Source of the DNA: Thermoguttaceae bacterium
Lineage (GTDB): Bacteria > Planctomycetota > Planctomycetia > Pirellulales > Thermoguttaceae
Direction of reading: 5' to 3'
Assembly: GCA_040772845.1 (NCBI GenBank)
Contig: JAXGXG010000001.1
Coordinates: 1,470,211 to 1,534,210, forward strand
DNA length: 64,000 nucleotides
Shown here in pieces: positions 39,421 through 48,934 of this stretch (its first letter is position 1; the number at the start of each line of letters is the position of its first letter). Below the pieces are notes generated by a model, which did not search any database, was not told the origin of the DNA, and saw only the letters and a list, made by a program, of their open reading frames with translations. The position numbers and the translations under genes are program-made.

Positions 39421-39448
39421 CAAATCACAAATCACAAATCACAAATCC
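39421..39448. repeat. Heptanucleotide tract (CAAATCA)x3 plus one degenerate unit, in the promoter region of the downstream oxidoreductase
   Basis: caaatcacaaatcacaaatcacaaatcc read directly, about 95 bp upstream of the 39543 start. Confidence 0.8.
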
Positions 39449-39463
39449 CTCCCCCCGCCTCTT

Positions 39464-39492
39464 ACGTTGACACCACCATGCGTTTGGGTGAA
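39464..39492 (+). promoter_or_regulatory. Candidate sigma70-like promoter for the 39543 gene
   Basis: TTGACA, 17 nt, GAAAAT; strong RBS GAAGGAGG 8 nt before the ATG at 39543. Confidence 0.25.
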
Positions 39493-39542
39493 AATGGGGG
39501 AACCTAAGCCCTTGTACGGTTCCACTGAAGGAGGTTCCATCG

Positions 39543-40865
39543 ATGAGCGATAGTATTTCCCGCGGCGTATGGCGGAAACGACATCAGGCCGTCTCGGCCG
39601 GCGCCCTGGCTGCCGGGTTGAGCATTGCCCGAGGCGCGCACGCCGCCGGCAGTGATGCGATTCGGATCGGGTTCATCGGCTGTGGCAACCGAGGCACGGG
39701 CGCGTGCAAAGAGGCACTGAGCACCAAGGTCCCGACAAAGCTCGTGGCCGTGGGCGACCTGTTCTCCGAACGCATCGAACGCAGCCTCCGCAACCTGAGC
39801 AAGTACCCCGACATCAATGCACGCATGGACGTACCGGCCGAGCGGCAGTTCACCGGCTTCGACGCGTACGAGAAAGTCCTTGATGCCGGCGTCGATCTGG
39901 TGCTACTGACCACGCCGCCCCATTTCCGACCCATGCAGTATGCGGCGGCCATCGCGGCAGGTAAGCACGTATTCATGGAGAAGCCGCTCTGCATCGACGC
40001 ACCCGGCTACCGCACCCTTGTCGCCACGAACAAGCAGGCGTTGGCCACCAAATGCTCGGTCGTGGTCGGCATGCAGCGGCGGCACCAGCCCAACTACCTC
40101 CAAGGCATCCAGAAGATCCACGACGGCCTGCTGGGCGACGTCCAACTCATTCGCACCTACTTCAACATGCCAGGCGGCGGACGCTCCGGCTGGCTCAAGC
40201 CGGAGGGCATGGGCGAAATGGAATACCAGATCCGCCACTGGGCCGTCTTCTGCTGGCTCTGCGGCGATCACCTGGTCGAGCAGGCGACGCACGAAATCGA
40301 CGTGGCCAACTGGGTCATGAACGGCCATCCGGTCAAGGCCAACGGTCAGGGCAGCCGGCAGATACGGTTCGGACCGGGCAACGGCGATATCTGGGACCAT
40401 CACTTTATCGAATACGAGTACGACAACGGCGTGCGGTTCTACTGCCAGGCACGGCAGCAGCCAGGCACTTGGAGCCACGTATCGGACACGGTGCACGGCA
40501 CGAAGAACGTCGTCACGCTCGGCACGGGCGCCTGGGGTATGGGCGACGTCACGCCGCGCGAGTTGCGGTCTCGCGCCTATCGCGGCGTGAACCCGTACCA
40601 GCAGGAGCACGAGGACCTGGCCGACAGCATCGCCGGCGTCGGGCGCTACCGCATGGAGGCCGACTACGGGGCCGACAGCAGCATGACGGCCGTCATGGGC
40701 CGCATGGCCACCTATTCCGGCCAGATGCTCACCTGGGAGCAGGCCACAGCGTCGGAAGTCCGCCTTGCCCCCGAGCGTTACGCCTTCGACGCCGATCCCC
40801 CCACCCTTCCCGACGCCACCGGCGCCTACCCCGCCGCCGTCCCCGGAATGCCAGGTGCGTTTTAA
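39543..40865 (+). CDS. Gfo/Idh/MocA-family oxidoreductase (second copy), N-terminal export signal
   Basis: IRIGFIGCGNRG Rossmann motif, FMEKPL, signal-like N-terminus with KR pair and AHAAG cleavage region. Confidence 0.8.
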   Translation: MSDSISRGVWRKRHQAVSAGALAAGLSIARGAHAAGSDAIRIGFIGCGNRGTGACKEALSTKVPTKLVAVGDLFSERIERSLRNLSKYPDINARMDVPAERQFTGFDAYEKVLDAGVDLVLLTTPPHFRPMQYAAAIAAGKHVFMEKPLCIDAPGYRTLVATNKQALATKCSVVVGMQRRHQPNYLQGIQKIHDGLLGDVQLIRTYFNMPGGGRSGWLKPEGMGEMEYQIRHWAVFCWLCGDHLVEQATHEIDVANWVMNGHPVKANGQGSRQIRFGPGNGDIWDHHFIEYEYDNGVRFYCQARQQPGTWSHVSDTVHGTKNVVTLGTGAWGMGDVTPRELRSRAYRGVNPYQQEHEDLADSIAGVGRYRMEADYGADSSMTAVMGRMATYSGQMLTWEQATASEVRLAPERYAFDADPPTLPDATGAYPAAVPGMPGAF

Positions 40866-40897
40866 GGGAGGCGGATGCAAGAACAAACTTGCAGCGC

Positions 40898-41326
40898 ATG
40901 CTACTGATCCTTGAAGATAACTCTGAGCGGGTGGAGCGATTTACCGCTATCCTACAGACCATCGCTCCCACCCTTCCCTTTCGTGTGTGGCGAGATGCCT
41001 ACGCAATGATGCGCGAAGCCGGTCCGTTGCTGACGTTTGCCTCAATGATCTCTCTCGACCACGACCTGGAGCCGGAATCAAACGCACCCGACCCGGGCGA
41101 CGGGTATATGGTCACGAAGTGGCTGGTGTCGCAATCCATCATCTGCCCCGTTATCATCCACTCCAGTAACGGAGAACGCGCATCGTGGATGGCTGGCGAA
41201 TTCGATCTGGCAGGTTGGCCATACTGGCGAGTCCCACCGATTGGCGACGACTGGATTGAGTCGGATTGGAAACAGATCGTTCACCGCGTGCTCAACAGGC
41301 CCATTGACGACAACCAATGCCGATAA
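40898..41326 (+). CDS. Stand-alone cPRec (cyclic-phosphate-processing receiver-like) domain protein
   Basis: MLLILEDNSERVERF..ISLDHDLEPE..GDGYMVTKWLV..VIIHSSNGERASWM matches the cPRec hallmarks (hhhDD, DHDLG-like, GY.V.KWL, IHSxN). The upstream 280 codons of ORF 40052..41326 are Arg-rich junk. Confidence 0.6.
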   Translation: MLLILEDNSERVERFTAILQTIAPTLPFRVWRDAYAMMREAGPLLTFASMISLDHDLEPESNAPDPGDGYMVTKWLVSQSIICPVIIHSSNGERASWMAGEFDLAGWPYWRVPPIGDDWIESDWKQIVHRVLNRPIDDNQCR

Positions 41327-41357
41327 GGATAATGAAGACTTTCACCACCGAGCAACC

Positions 41358-41522
41358 ATGACAACCGCAGACATATTGGCAGTCATCCCAGACCTCTCAC
41401 CAGAAGACCGCCGCCGCATCTTGGATCGACTATTGGAGGTCGAAGACGAGATTGCGGCAATCGAGACGGCACGCCGTAGAGCCGACGAAACATTTCAGCT
41501 ACTCGATGCCATGGAGATATAG
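41358..41522 (+). CDS. 54-aa helical protein resembling TIGR02574 'addiction module component' antitoxin-like proteins
   Basis: MTTADILAVIPDLSPEDRRRILDRLLEVEDEIAAIETARRRADETFQLLDAMEI; 31 nt after the cPRec stop. Confidence 0.35.
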   Translation: MTTADILAVIPDLSPEDRRRILDRLLEVEDEIAAIETARRRADETFQLLDAMEI

Positions 41523-41577
41523 GGCCACGGTTTCATGAATATTCCGAGGCCAATTGCTGACGTCCATCCGCAACCAT

Positions 41578-44500
41578 TCACCGGATCTGCACTTCGCTGA
41601 TTACAAGGTTGCGGTCTTTCGGCGGATCGTAGAAATCGTTGGTGAATGTCAGGCCGATCTGGTGTTCCCCGGCCGGTACGTCGACTTCCAGGTGTAAGAG
41701 TTGCCAGTCGGGCCGACTAAGCATGACGTTGCCCACGCGACGGCCGTCCAGGCTCACGTCGATATTGGGAAACTCGCCGGCGGCTTCCGTACCTCGGGCA
41801 CGGATCGTGAAACGGTACTTGCGCGATTGGGCGAATCGGACCGTTGCAAGCACGGTCCCGTTCGAGCCGATGCGCATCGCGCCCTCCTGGTCCGGCGTGT
41901 ACCTGCCGGGCTTGGCCGATGTCAACCCCGAGCCGGGAATCCGCAGGGCGCCGGCGGCCGTCTGGAACTCGGCGCCAAGGTTCGTCAGCAAATTGGCCAG
42001 ATACCGCGAAGCCTTCTCCGCATTCGACCCCGAGTCCCATCGCACCTGGTCCAGCAGCACAAAACCTTCGCCCACCGGCGCCTTGACCAAGGCCGCCGGA
42101 CGCAATAGGCGTTTCGACTGTAGCGACGGCGTCGGCCCGTAGGACACGCGATCGAGCCACACGTTGCGATCCTCCTTGGTCACCGGATTCCACAGGTCAT
42201 TAACGAAGTTGAGCGCGACCACATGCGATCCCTTCTCGACGGTGGCCGAAATCGCATAGGTTCCCCATTCGCGCCCGTCGGTCGTAATGCTCCCGCACGG
42301 CTGGCCGTCGATTAGCAGTTCAATCTCCGGATAGATATCGGCCAGCGGCGTCCCTTTACCGCGAATCAGGAACGTATACTCGCCGTCGATGGGAAACTCG
42401 CACGACTTGGCAAGCGCCCCGGAAACGCCCAGGTATACACAGTCTTTCTGGAAAGTAGCCCGACTGCCCCGATCGTGCGTCATCGACTCGGCCTCCACGA
42501 CCGTCAGCCGCTGCGGGTCAGGCATACCGGCCACAATCACGTAGTCTGCCACGTCCTTGGCAAGCGGCGTACGGGCCCGCCAGGTCAAGCCCTCGCGGCT
42601 TCCGTACCAGTGCAGTTGCTGATTGCTGAGCCCATTGATGACCGAATCCCACTCACTGAGACAGATCGGAGCAGCGCTATTACGCCGGGCCATGATCGGC
42701 TCGGGAAACAACGGGGCCAAACGGCCAATCGCGTCGGGCGTAGTCCCCTGCAATAGTATCCGGCCGCCTGCCGCGGCAAACTGGCGGAGCCTGGCCAGAT
42801 TGGCCGTTACCTCCGGCGCCTCGGCCTCGGCTACCAACACGCCGAACGACCCCAGGTCGCTATCGGCCAGCTTGCCGGAGAGATCCGTATACACCGCCCC
42901 GACGGCATTGAGCTTCTCGCCCAGCGGCCGTGCGTCTTGCACCAGGGCCAGCTTCGCCGGCGATGTCTTCTGGCTCACCGCATAGCGCAGCAGGTTTTCC
43001 AGTAATACCTGGGCGACGGGTTCGGTCGCCAGTTTCTCGCCAATGGCCATCTGCGACAAAAGATACCGGCCACTCCCGTCCAGCACCTCCAGAAGCGGCA
43101 CGTAGACCAGCCCCTCCGGCCCGCCGGAATCGACCAGTACACGGAACCGCCCCTGCCGCGGTTTGAACAGCGTTTTACGAGCCACCACATGATCGCCGCG
43201 CCAGAACCAGAAATCGTCCTCGATCAGCCCCGCGAACAATACGTCGTCCTTAGCTCGCGGGAAAGTGATGGTCGCCCCGCGATCTACGAGTCGGCCGGGC
43301 AGCAGGCCGCACTCGTAGGAGTCCTGTTCCAGGGCAATCACGTTACCGCCCTTGTGAACAAACGTCGCAATTTGCTGCCGTGCCCCCGACCGGTCGCCAA
43401 CGGTTGGCGTGCCCGTCTCCGGCTTCACGTCGTCCAGGGCATGCGGCCCGATCAACAGCACGTCGGCATCGGGTAACTGTCCCAAATCGGCTACACGCAA
43501 CACGTCCACACCGGCCTCGCCCAGCGCCTGGCTCAGCGTGTGGTCGGCCGTCTCGAACAAGGCAATCCGAATGCCTTGCGGTACGCTCAGTTTCCGACGC
43601 GGAAATACCCAGTAGGTCTTGTTCCGCTGGTCCACCTGCTGGTCGCCGTTGGCCACCGTCACCTGCCAGGCCGCCTCGGTCCGCTCGGCAACCGCAGGCA
43701 TCGGCAGTGTCAGGCCGAACTGCGTCATCCCGGCCGGCGGCAAATCGAACGCCTTGGTCGTGACCGCAGGCCGTTCGTTTCCGGCCAACTGCGAACGCAC
43801 CAGCAGTTTGGCCGCGTGGAGCGTATCGTTGTACAGCATCATCGTCCGCTCGACCTGCTCGCCTGCAAAGAAGCGGCTGTCGTATTGCCGAACCAGTGCG
43901 GCGTTCGGAGCATAAGCCCGTTTGACGGCCAGGTAGCGGGGATTGTCGTCGCTGGGAAAATCGCCCGTCTCGGTCAGCGTCCACGGGCACAGGCCCGATA
44001 CGCCGGCGGCCCGGTAGGCCTCGATCTGCATCTCCCAGGCCATGGCCTTGGTGCGGGCCATCGCCTGGTTGAAACTCGGATAGGCCTCGTCGCCCAAAAA
44101 CACCGTGTACGGATCGGCTTCCCGGTAATGCTGCAAGTGAAGAAACTCACCGAAGTAGAGCGGCTTCTTCCGGTCCCAGTTCCAAAACTTGTGCGGCCAG
44201 CAGGCGACTTCCATCCCGGTTTCCAGCCAGTACCCAGCCTGCGGCCAGAGATTCTGCTTGTCGAACGGCAGCGGATAGTGCAGGTTCAGCACGTCGGCCA
44301 CGCCCTCGGGATCGCCGTCGCCGTCGTAAAGGATCGGGCGCGTCGGATCGAGCCGCTTGACCAGCCGGCCCGCCTCGGCCAACCGCGGGATCGTCTGCGG
44401 TTCGCGCTCGCCGCCGCAGTGCAGGATTTCGTTCTCCAGACTCGTCATCACGATCGACGGATGATTCCGATGATCGCGGATCACTGCTTCGAGATGCGTA

Positions 44501-45663
44501 TGGTAGTTCTCCCAGAACTTCGGCTTCGACAGGGCATAGGCCCGCGCGTAGCAGAACAGGGGCGCCTCGAAGACGATCGGCATGCCCACCTCGTCGGCCG
44601 CCTCGTACCAGCACTTCGGCCAGATATTGGCGTGCAGCCGCATCGCCACACAACCTGCCTCGCGAATTCGATGGTAGAAGTCCACCGCGCTGGCCTTGCT
44701 CAAACCGTTGTCCAGATCGCCGCGGGGATGGCCGGCCGTGGCCAGGAACTTCATGGGCGTGCCGTTGAGCACAAACACGGCGCCGTCGATCCAGAACTCG
44801 CGGAAACCGAACCGCGTCTTTGCCTGATCGAGCGTCTTGCCGCCGGCGGTCACCTGCGTGAGCAAGTGGTACAGGTGCGGATTCTCCGGTCCCCAGAGCT
44901 GCGGATCGGCCCAACCGCACTTCAGCGACAGGGTCTTCGACGCACCGGCCGGTACGGTCACCTCTTTCTCGCCGAGCGTCACGTCTGTCCCCTCCACGTG
45001 CGCGGCCAGGTGAACCGTCTGCTCGCGATCGCTCAGGTTCCTGAGCGCGAGATCGGCGGCCAGTTCATGCTTGCGCACCGAGGTCTGCACGAAGACGTCT
45101 TCGATGTACACATCGTTTCGCGCAATGAGACGGACCGACTTCCAGATACCGACTCGCGAGTATTGCGACCCAACCGGCGCCATAACCGAGTCTTCGGCCT
45201 GGTCGATAAACCGGCCGGATGCGTTCTCTTTGCCCGCCTCTATCTCCTGGTCGATCACGCCTGTCACATCCTGGACTCGCAGGAGCAGCTCGTTCGGCTG
45301 CCCGATTCTGCAGGCGTCGGTAATTTCCACTTCAAACGGTTCCCAACCGCCGTAATGCCTGCCGACCTTCTTGCCGTTGACGTAGACTTCGGAGACAAAC
45401 CGCACGGCGTCGAAGCGGAGGAACACGTGCCGGTCGGTAAACTCTTCAGGTACGGTGAACGACCGCGTGTACCAGACAAACGGCGTCTCGCGCCGCTGAA
45501 AAAGCAGCGACGGCACGGTGACCGATTCCCACTTCGCGTCGGCCGCGGGCCGTTCGCCCGTCGCGCTCCACGAGAGCGTCCAGGAACCATCAAGCGATTC
45601 GGCCGGGCAACAGGCAGTCAGGCCAAGAGTAACGAGAATGGCAAAGAACCCGCGGGCGAGCAT
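41578..45663 (-). CDS. Secreted glycoside hydrolase family 2 enzyme with two C-terminal carbohydrate-binding-like modules (1361 aa)
   Basis: Signal peptide; GH2 N-terminal jelly roll (..FVWYTRSFTVPEEF..VYVNGKKVGRHYGGWEPFEVEITD), TIM-barrel region with ..IVMTSLENE..; two related ~130-aa C-terminal beta-sandwich modules. Confidence 0.8.
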   Translation of the reverse strand: MLARGFFAILVTLGLTACCPAESLDGSWTLSWSATGERPAADAKWESVTVPSLLFQRRETPFVWYTRSFTVPEEFTDRHVFLRFDAVRFVSEVYVNGKKVGRHYGGWEPFEVEITDACRIGQPNELLLRVQDVTGVIDQEIEAGKENASGRFIDQAEDSVMAPVGSQYSRVGIWKSVRLIARNDVYIEDVFVQTSVRKHELAADLALRNLSDREQTVHLAAHVEGTDVTLGEKEVTVPAGASKTLSLKCGWADPQLWGPENPHLYHLLTQVTAGGKTLDQAKTRFGFREFWIDGAVFVLNGTPMKFLATAGHPRGDLDNGLSKASAVDFYHRIREAGCVAMRLHANIWPKCWYEAADEVGMPIVFEAPLFCYARAYALSKPKFWENYHTHLEAVIRDHRNHPSIVMTSLENEILHCGGEREPQTIPRLAEAGRLVKRLDPTRPILYDGDGDPEGVADVLNLHYPLPFDKQNLWPQAGYWLETGMEVACWPHKFWNWDRKKPLYFGEFLHLQHYREADPYTVFLGDEAYPSFNQAMARTKAMAWEMQIEAYRAAGVSGLCPWTLTETGDFPSDDNPRYLAVKRAYAPNAALVRQYDSRFFAGEQVERTMMLYNDTLHAAKLLVRSQLAGNERPAVTTKAFDLPPAGMTQFGLTLPMPAVAERTEAAWQVTVANGDQQVDQRNKTYWVFPRRKLSVPQGIRIALFETADHTLSQALGEAGVDVLRVADLGQLPDADVLLIGPHALDDVKPETGTPTVGDRSGARQQIATFVHKGGNVIALEQDSYECGLLPGRLVDRGATITFPRAKDDVLFAGLIEDDFWFWRGDHVVARKTLFKPRQGRFRVLVDSGGPEGLVYVPLLEVLDGSGRYLLSQMAIGEKLATEPVAQVLLENLLRYAVSQKTSPAKLALVQDARPLGEKLNAVGAVYTDLSGKLADSDLGSFGVLVAEAEAPEVTANLARLRQFAAAGGRILLQGTTPDAIGRLAPLFPEPIMARRNSAAPICLSEWDSVINGLSNQQLHWYGSREGLTWRARTPLAKDVADYVIVAGMPDPQRLTVVEAESMTHDRGSRATFQKDCVYLGVSGALAKSCEFPIDGEYTFLIRGKGTPLADIYPEIELLIDGQPCGSITTDGREWGTYAISATVEKGSHVVALNFVNDLWNPVTKEDRNVWLDRVSYGPTPSLQSKRLLRPAALVKAPVGEGFVLLDQVRWDSGSNAEKASRYLANLLTNLGAEFQTAAGALRIPGSGLTSAKPGRYTPDQEGAMRIGSNGTVLATVRFAQSRKYRFTIRARGTEAAGEFPNIDVSLDGRRVGNVMLSRPDWQLLHLEVDVPAGEHQIGLTFTNDFYDPPKDRNLVISEVQIR

Positions 45664-45681
45664 GCGTGTCTCCTTTCCGCC

Positions 45682-46743
45682 TTACGCAACCGGAACCAGT
45701 TCACTCTGGAAGGTTGCGGCTTCGTCGGTGTGCAACGTGCCGAGCTTCGGTGCGAAGTCGGTGGTCGAAAGGGTCCTGCCGTCCGGACTCACCTGCACCA
45801 GACGCATCCACGTATCGCCGCCGTTGGGGCAGAACTGGTAATCGGCCAGATATTGGTGGACCGTATTGCCGTTTTCGCCGCGATCGTCCTGCTTGGCAAC
45901 CAATTCGGTATGGCCAGAGAAGACGAGCCGGAAGCTCTTGTGCTTGGAGACGAGTTTCCGCCACATCTGGCCGCCGTCGTTGCATCCTTCCTTGCGTCCC
46001 AACTCGCTTTTGGCGCACGTATAATGCCAAGGCGCGCCCCCTTGCGAGGCGGATACCGTCCTGTCGTAGCGGCCCTGCGAGGTCATATAGGCGTGGGTGA
46101 GCAGTACGGCCGCCCGCTTGGGATGATCGCCTACCACCTCATTGGCCCACCGCAACACGTCGTCGCGCGGTCCGAACTCCAGTGCGAGGACAAGCCAGTC
46201 GACCTCGCCCGTGCTGAGCAGATGGAAGCTGTTGTCGGGCCGTTCGGCTTCCTTGTCGTACACGCCGCCGAAGGTGGGCTGGGCCTTCCAGAAGTCCAAC
46301 GGAAAGTACTCGCCGAACAGGGTATCGCGCGTGCCCGACTTGCCCTCTTCGCCGATGTCGTGGTTTCCCAGGCAGATGGCGTAAGGAACCTTGCCGTTCA
46401 GACGCGACATGGCCGCCTTGGCCACGTCCCACTGCGGCCGGTTGTTGTTTTCTGTAACATCCCCTTCGTGCAGCACGAAACGGATATGGAACCGCTCCTG
46501 GTTCTGAAGAATCCATTGAACCTGGCAATGGAACAGATCGGGGAACAGTCGAGCGTAATTCTGCGTGTCGGGCAGCACGACGAACGACTCGGCGCCGGCG
46601 ACCGGCTGGGGCACGCCCCTTTCAATCGTCCCGAAGTCCCTCCGGCCCGGTCCCTTCCGTTGCTCGGCAACCCACGCCACCCGCGGCGCAGCGATCACTC
46701 CGGTACCGAAAGCAGCCAATCGCAAAAAGTCACGTCGTTTCAT
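45682..46743 (-). CDS. Calcineurin-like metallophosphoesterase with Tat signal
   Basis: MKRRDFLRLAAFGTGVIAAP (KRRDFLR); GDVTEN, GNHD, GHTE metallophosphatase motifs; AGGAGGA RBS. The upstream 146 codons of the track ORF are not coding. Confidence 0.75.
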   Translation of the reverse strand: MKRRDFLRLAAFGTGVIAAPRVAWVAEQRKGPGRRDFGTIERGVPQPVAGAESFVVLPDTQNYARLFPDLFHCQVQWILQNQERFHIRFVLHEGDVTENNNRPQWDVAKAAMSRLNGKVPYAICLGNHDIGEEGKSGTRDTLFGEYFPLDFWKAQPTFGGVYDKEAERPDNSFHLLSTGEVDWLVLALEFGPRDDVLRWANEVVGDHPKRAAVLLTHAYMTSQGRYDRTVSASQGGAPWHYTCAKSELGRKEGCNDGGQMWRKLVSKHKSFRLVFSGHTELVAKQDDRGENGNTVHQYLADYQFCPNGGDTWMRLVQVSPDGRTLSTTDFAPKLGTLHTDEAATFQSELVPVA

Positions 46744-47358
46744 AAGAAGTTCGTCCTCCTGTTGTATGGGCCGCACAAGCCGACCCGCTCGCATCCGACC
46801 AACCTGCAAACTCGCCGCGCGTTGTCTTGACGCTTCTGTACAAGGGATACTCTGTCTGTCCCGGTCTTGACGGGCTGAAACCCATCCTACCGAAGTGCGC
46901 ACTTTCGAGCCGCAACAAATATAACGCCCCAATCGGCAACCCGACAATCGAGACAATGACTCCCAACAATATAGGACAAGAGCATGTCGGGCGTCAAATT
47001 CACTATCTCCGGAGTAACCTTTTCGGGTCGCAACCGATATACCTGGACGAGTCATACACAACGCTATTCCAGCAGATTCTTCTTTACGCCGGAAAAGCCG
47101 CTTGACCAACGCATATCGATTAGCGAGAATGCGGGTTGATGGATCCCCCGCGGAAAGAGGGCCGAAAGACGCTTCGGTCAAACCACGGGGGAGAGATCAT
47201 GCGAACGATGAACCAGCAGCAGAAGGAGGCTTTGGCACAAAGAAACGACGCAACAATCGTCTCTGGATCACGACGATTGAAGCAGAATCACGCTTGCCCG
47301 CTTCCGTGAAGCGAATGCAGCATTCTTAAACCACCTTCCGATTGGAAAGGACCATCCG

Positions 47359-48726
47359 ATGAACGAGTCGAAGAAGAGCCGCCGCCAGTTCTTGGAAGCG
47401 GCGGGCGCGGTGAGTGCCGCCTCGATTGTTACCGCTACCGCCGGGATGAATAGCAGTTTTGGCGCCGAGGGGAAGGAAAAGCTTGCCATCGACGGCGGAA
47501 CGCCAGTGCGCAAGACGCCGCTCCACCACCAGGCATACGGGCCCCAGTTCTACAACGAGGTCGAAAAGCGGGAAATCCTCGAAGTCCTCGAGTCCAGAAA
47601 ACCATTCCGCTGGTGGAAGGGCGATTCCAAGTCGCTCCAGTTCGAGCAAGCCTACGCCGCGCACCTGGGAGTCAAGTACGCGATCGGCGTCACTTCCGGA
47701 ACGACCGCGCTGGCAGCCGCCTTGGCCGCCCTGGAAATCGGTCCCGGCGACGAAGTCATTCTCCCCGCGTGGACCTGGTATGCCGATTACGATACGGTCG
47801 TCCTCGCCGGCGCGCTGCCCGTCTTTGCCGAGGTGGACCTGTCACTGAACATCGACCCGACCGATATCGAGGCCCGAATCACGCCGCGCACCAAGGCAAT
47901 CATCGCCGTCAGCCTGCAAGGATGCCCGGCCGATATGGACCCGATCCTTGCCATTGCCCGCAAGCATAACCTCCGCGTTTTGGAAGATTTTTCGCAGTGC
48001 GTCGGCGGTCGTTACCGGGGCAAATACCTTGGCTCGATGGGCGATATCGGCATCAGCAGCTTCCAGCAGAGCAAGACGATCACGGCCGGAGAAGGCGGCG
48101 CCGTGGTGACCAACGATCCGGAACTGTTCGAGCGGGCCGTCCGCGCCCACGACGTCGGATCGATTCGCGCCCCTTACACGGAAATGCTGGGCGGCGGCCG
48201 AATTCCAGGCTTTGCCGCATCGAACTACCGCATGAACGAGTTCACCGGCGCCATTCTCAAAGCGCAGGAGCAAGATCTCGAAACGATCTGCACCAAGTTG
48301 CGCGACAACGCACGCAAGGTGCGCGAAGGAATTGCCGACCTGCCAGGCCTGAAGATGCGGAAGACGCCGGACCTGGAAGGCGATCTGGGGGTCACCATCT
48401 TCCTGGATCACGGCAACCAGCAGCAGCGCGATCGATTCTTGCGGGCCCTGCGAGCCGAGGGCATTAGTGCATCGCCTCCCGGCGGCTCGGTCATTCTGCC
48501 AATCAACGAGCGCGTCGAAAACAAGGTCACCGTCCACCCCGAGTGGCCTTCCTTCACCACGCCGCAAGGCAAGGCCATTCGCTACGGGCGAGAGTCCTGC
48601 CCGCAGACCATCGACGTCCAAAGCCGATTGGGCGGCGTGATCATGGACCCCAATTTCACCGAGGAGGACATCAACGACATCATTACAGGCATCCGCAAGG
48701 TATACCTGGCCATGTACACCGCATGA
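47359..48726 (+). CDS. DegT/DnrJ/EryC1/StrS-family PLP-dependent aminotransferase with Tat signal
   Basis: SRRQFLEAAGAVSAASIVTATA twin-arginine signal, then a canonical sugar-aminotransferase fold (..GVTSGTTAL.., ..SFQQSKTITAGEGGAVVT.. containing the PLP Lys). Confidence 0.8.
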   Translation: MNESKKSRRQFLEAAGAVSAASIVTATAGMNSSFGAEGKEKLAIDGGTPVRKTPLHHQAYGPQFYNEVEKREILEVLESRKPFRWWKGDSKSLQFEQAYAAHLGVKYAIGVTSGTTALAAALAALEIGPGDEVILPAWTWYADYDTVVLAGALPVFAEVDLSLNIDPTDIEARITPRTKAIIAVSLQGCPADMDPILAIARKHNLRVLEDFSQCVGGRYRGKYLGSMGDIGISSFQQSKTITAGEGGAVVTNDPELFERAVRAHDVGSIRAPYTEMLGGGRIPGFAASNYRMNEFTGAILKAQEQDLETICTKLRDNARKVREGIADLPGLKMRKTPDLEGDLGVTIFLDHGNQQQRDRFLRALRAEGISASPPGGSVILPINERVENKVTVHPEWPSFTTPQGKAIRYGRESCPQTIDVQSRLGGVIMDPNFTEEDINDIITGIRKVYLAMYTA

Positions 48727-48934
48727 GCGTCCGAAGTGCGGCGCGCCGCGCGTCCCATGCGCCCTGCGGCGCGCCGCCAGGTGTTCTAACTGCCGCCTGC
48801 CTTCCCATCAAAACTCTGTGACAATCGAGCCGAACCGTATCGCGCCCGTCCGGACAGCCATTCCTCCCACGGAACGGCTCCCCACACCGGTTGAGTCCGG
48901 CTCGCCTCCCTCTGCCTCGAAAGGAACCGCGATC

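Noticed and set aside
40052-41326. 424-aa ORF
   Set aside because: Only the last 142 codons (from ATG 40898) encode the cPRec domain. The upstream 280 codons are Arg-rich read-through overlapping the end of the preceding oxidoreductase gene in another frame.
43540-46830. 1096-aa plus-strand ORF
   Set aside because: Antisense to the GH2 and metallophosphoesterase genes, extreme Arg/Gly/Pro content, no domains. Classic long shadow ORF in a GC-rich genome.
47198-47308. 36-aa ORF (MRTMNQQQKEALAQRNDATIVSGSRRLKQNHACPLP) in the divergent promoter region upstream of the first DegT gene
   Set aside because: No RBS, and no conservation can be assessed; could be a leader peptide but the evidence is insufficient.
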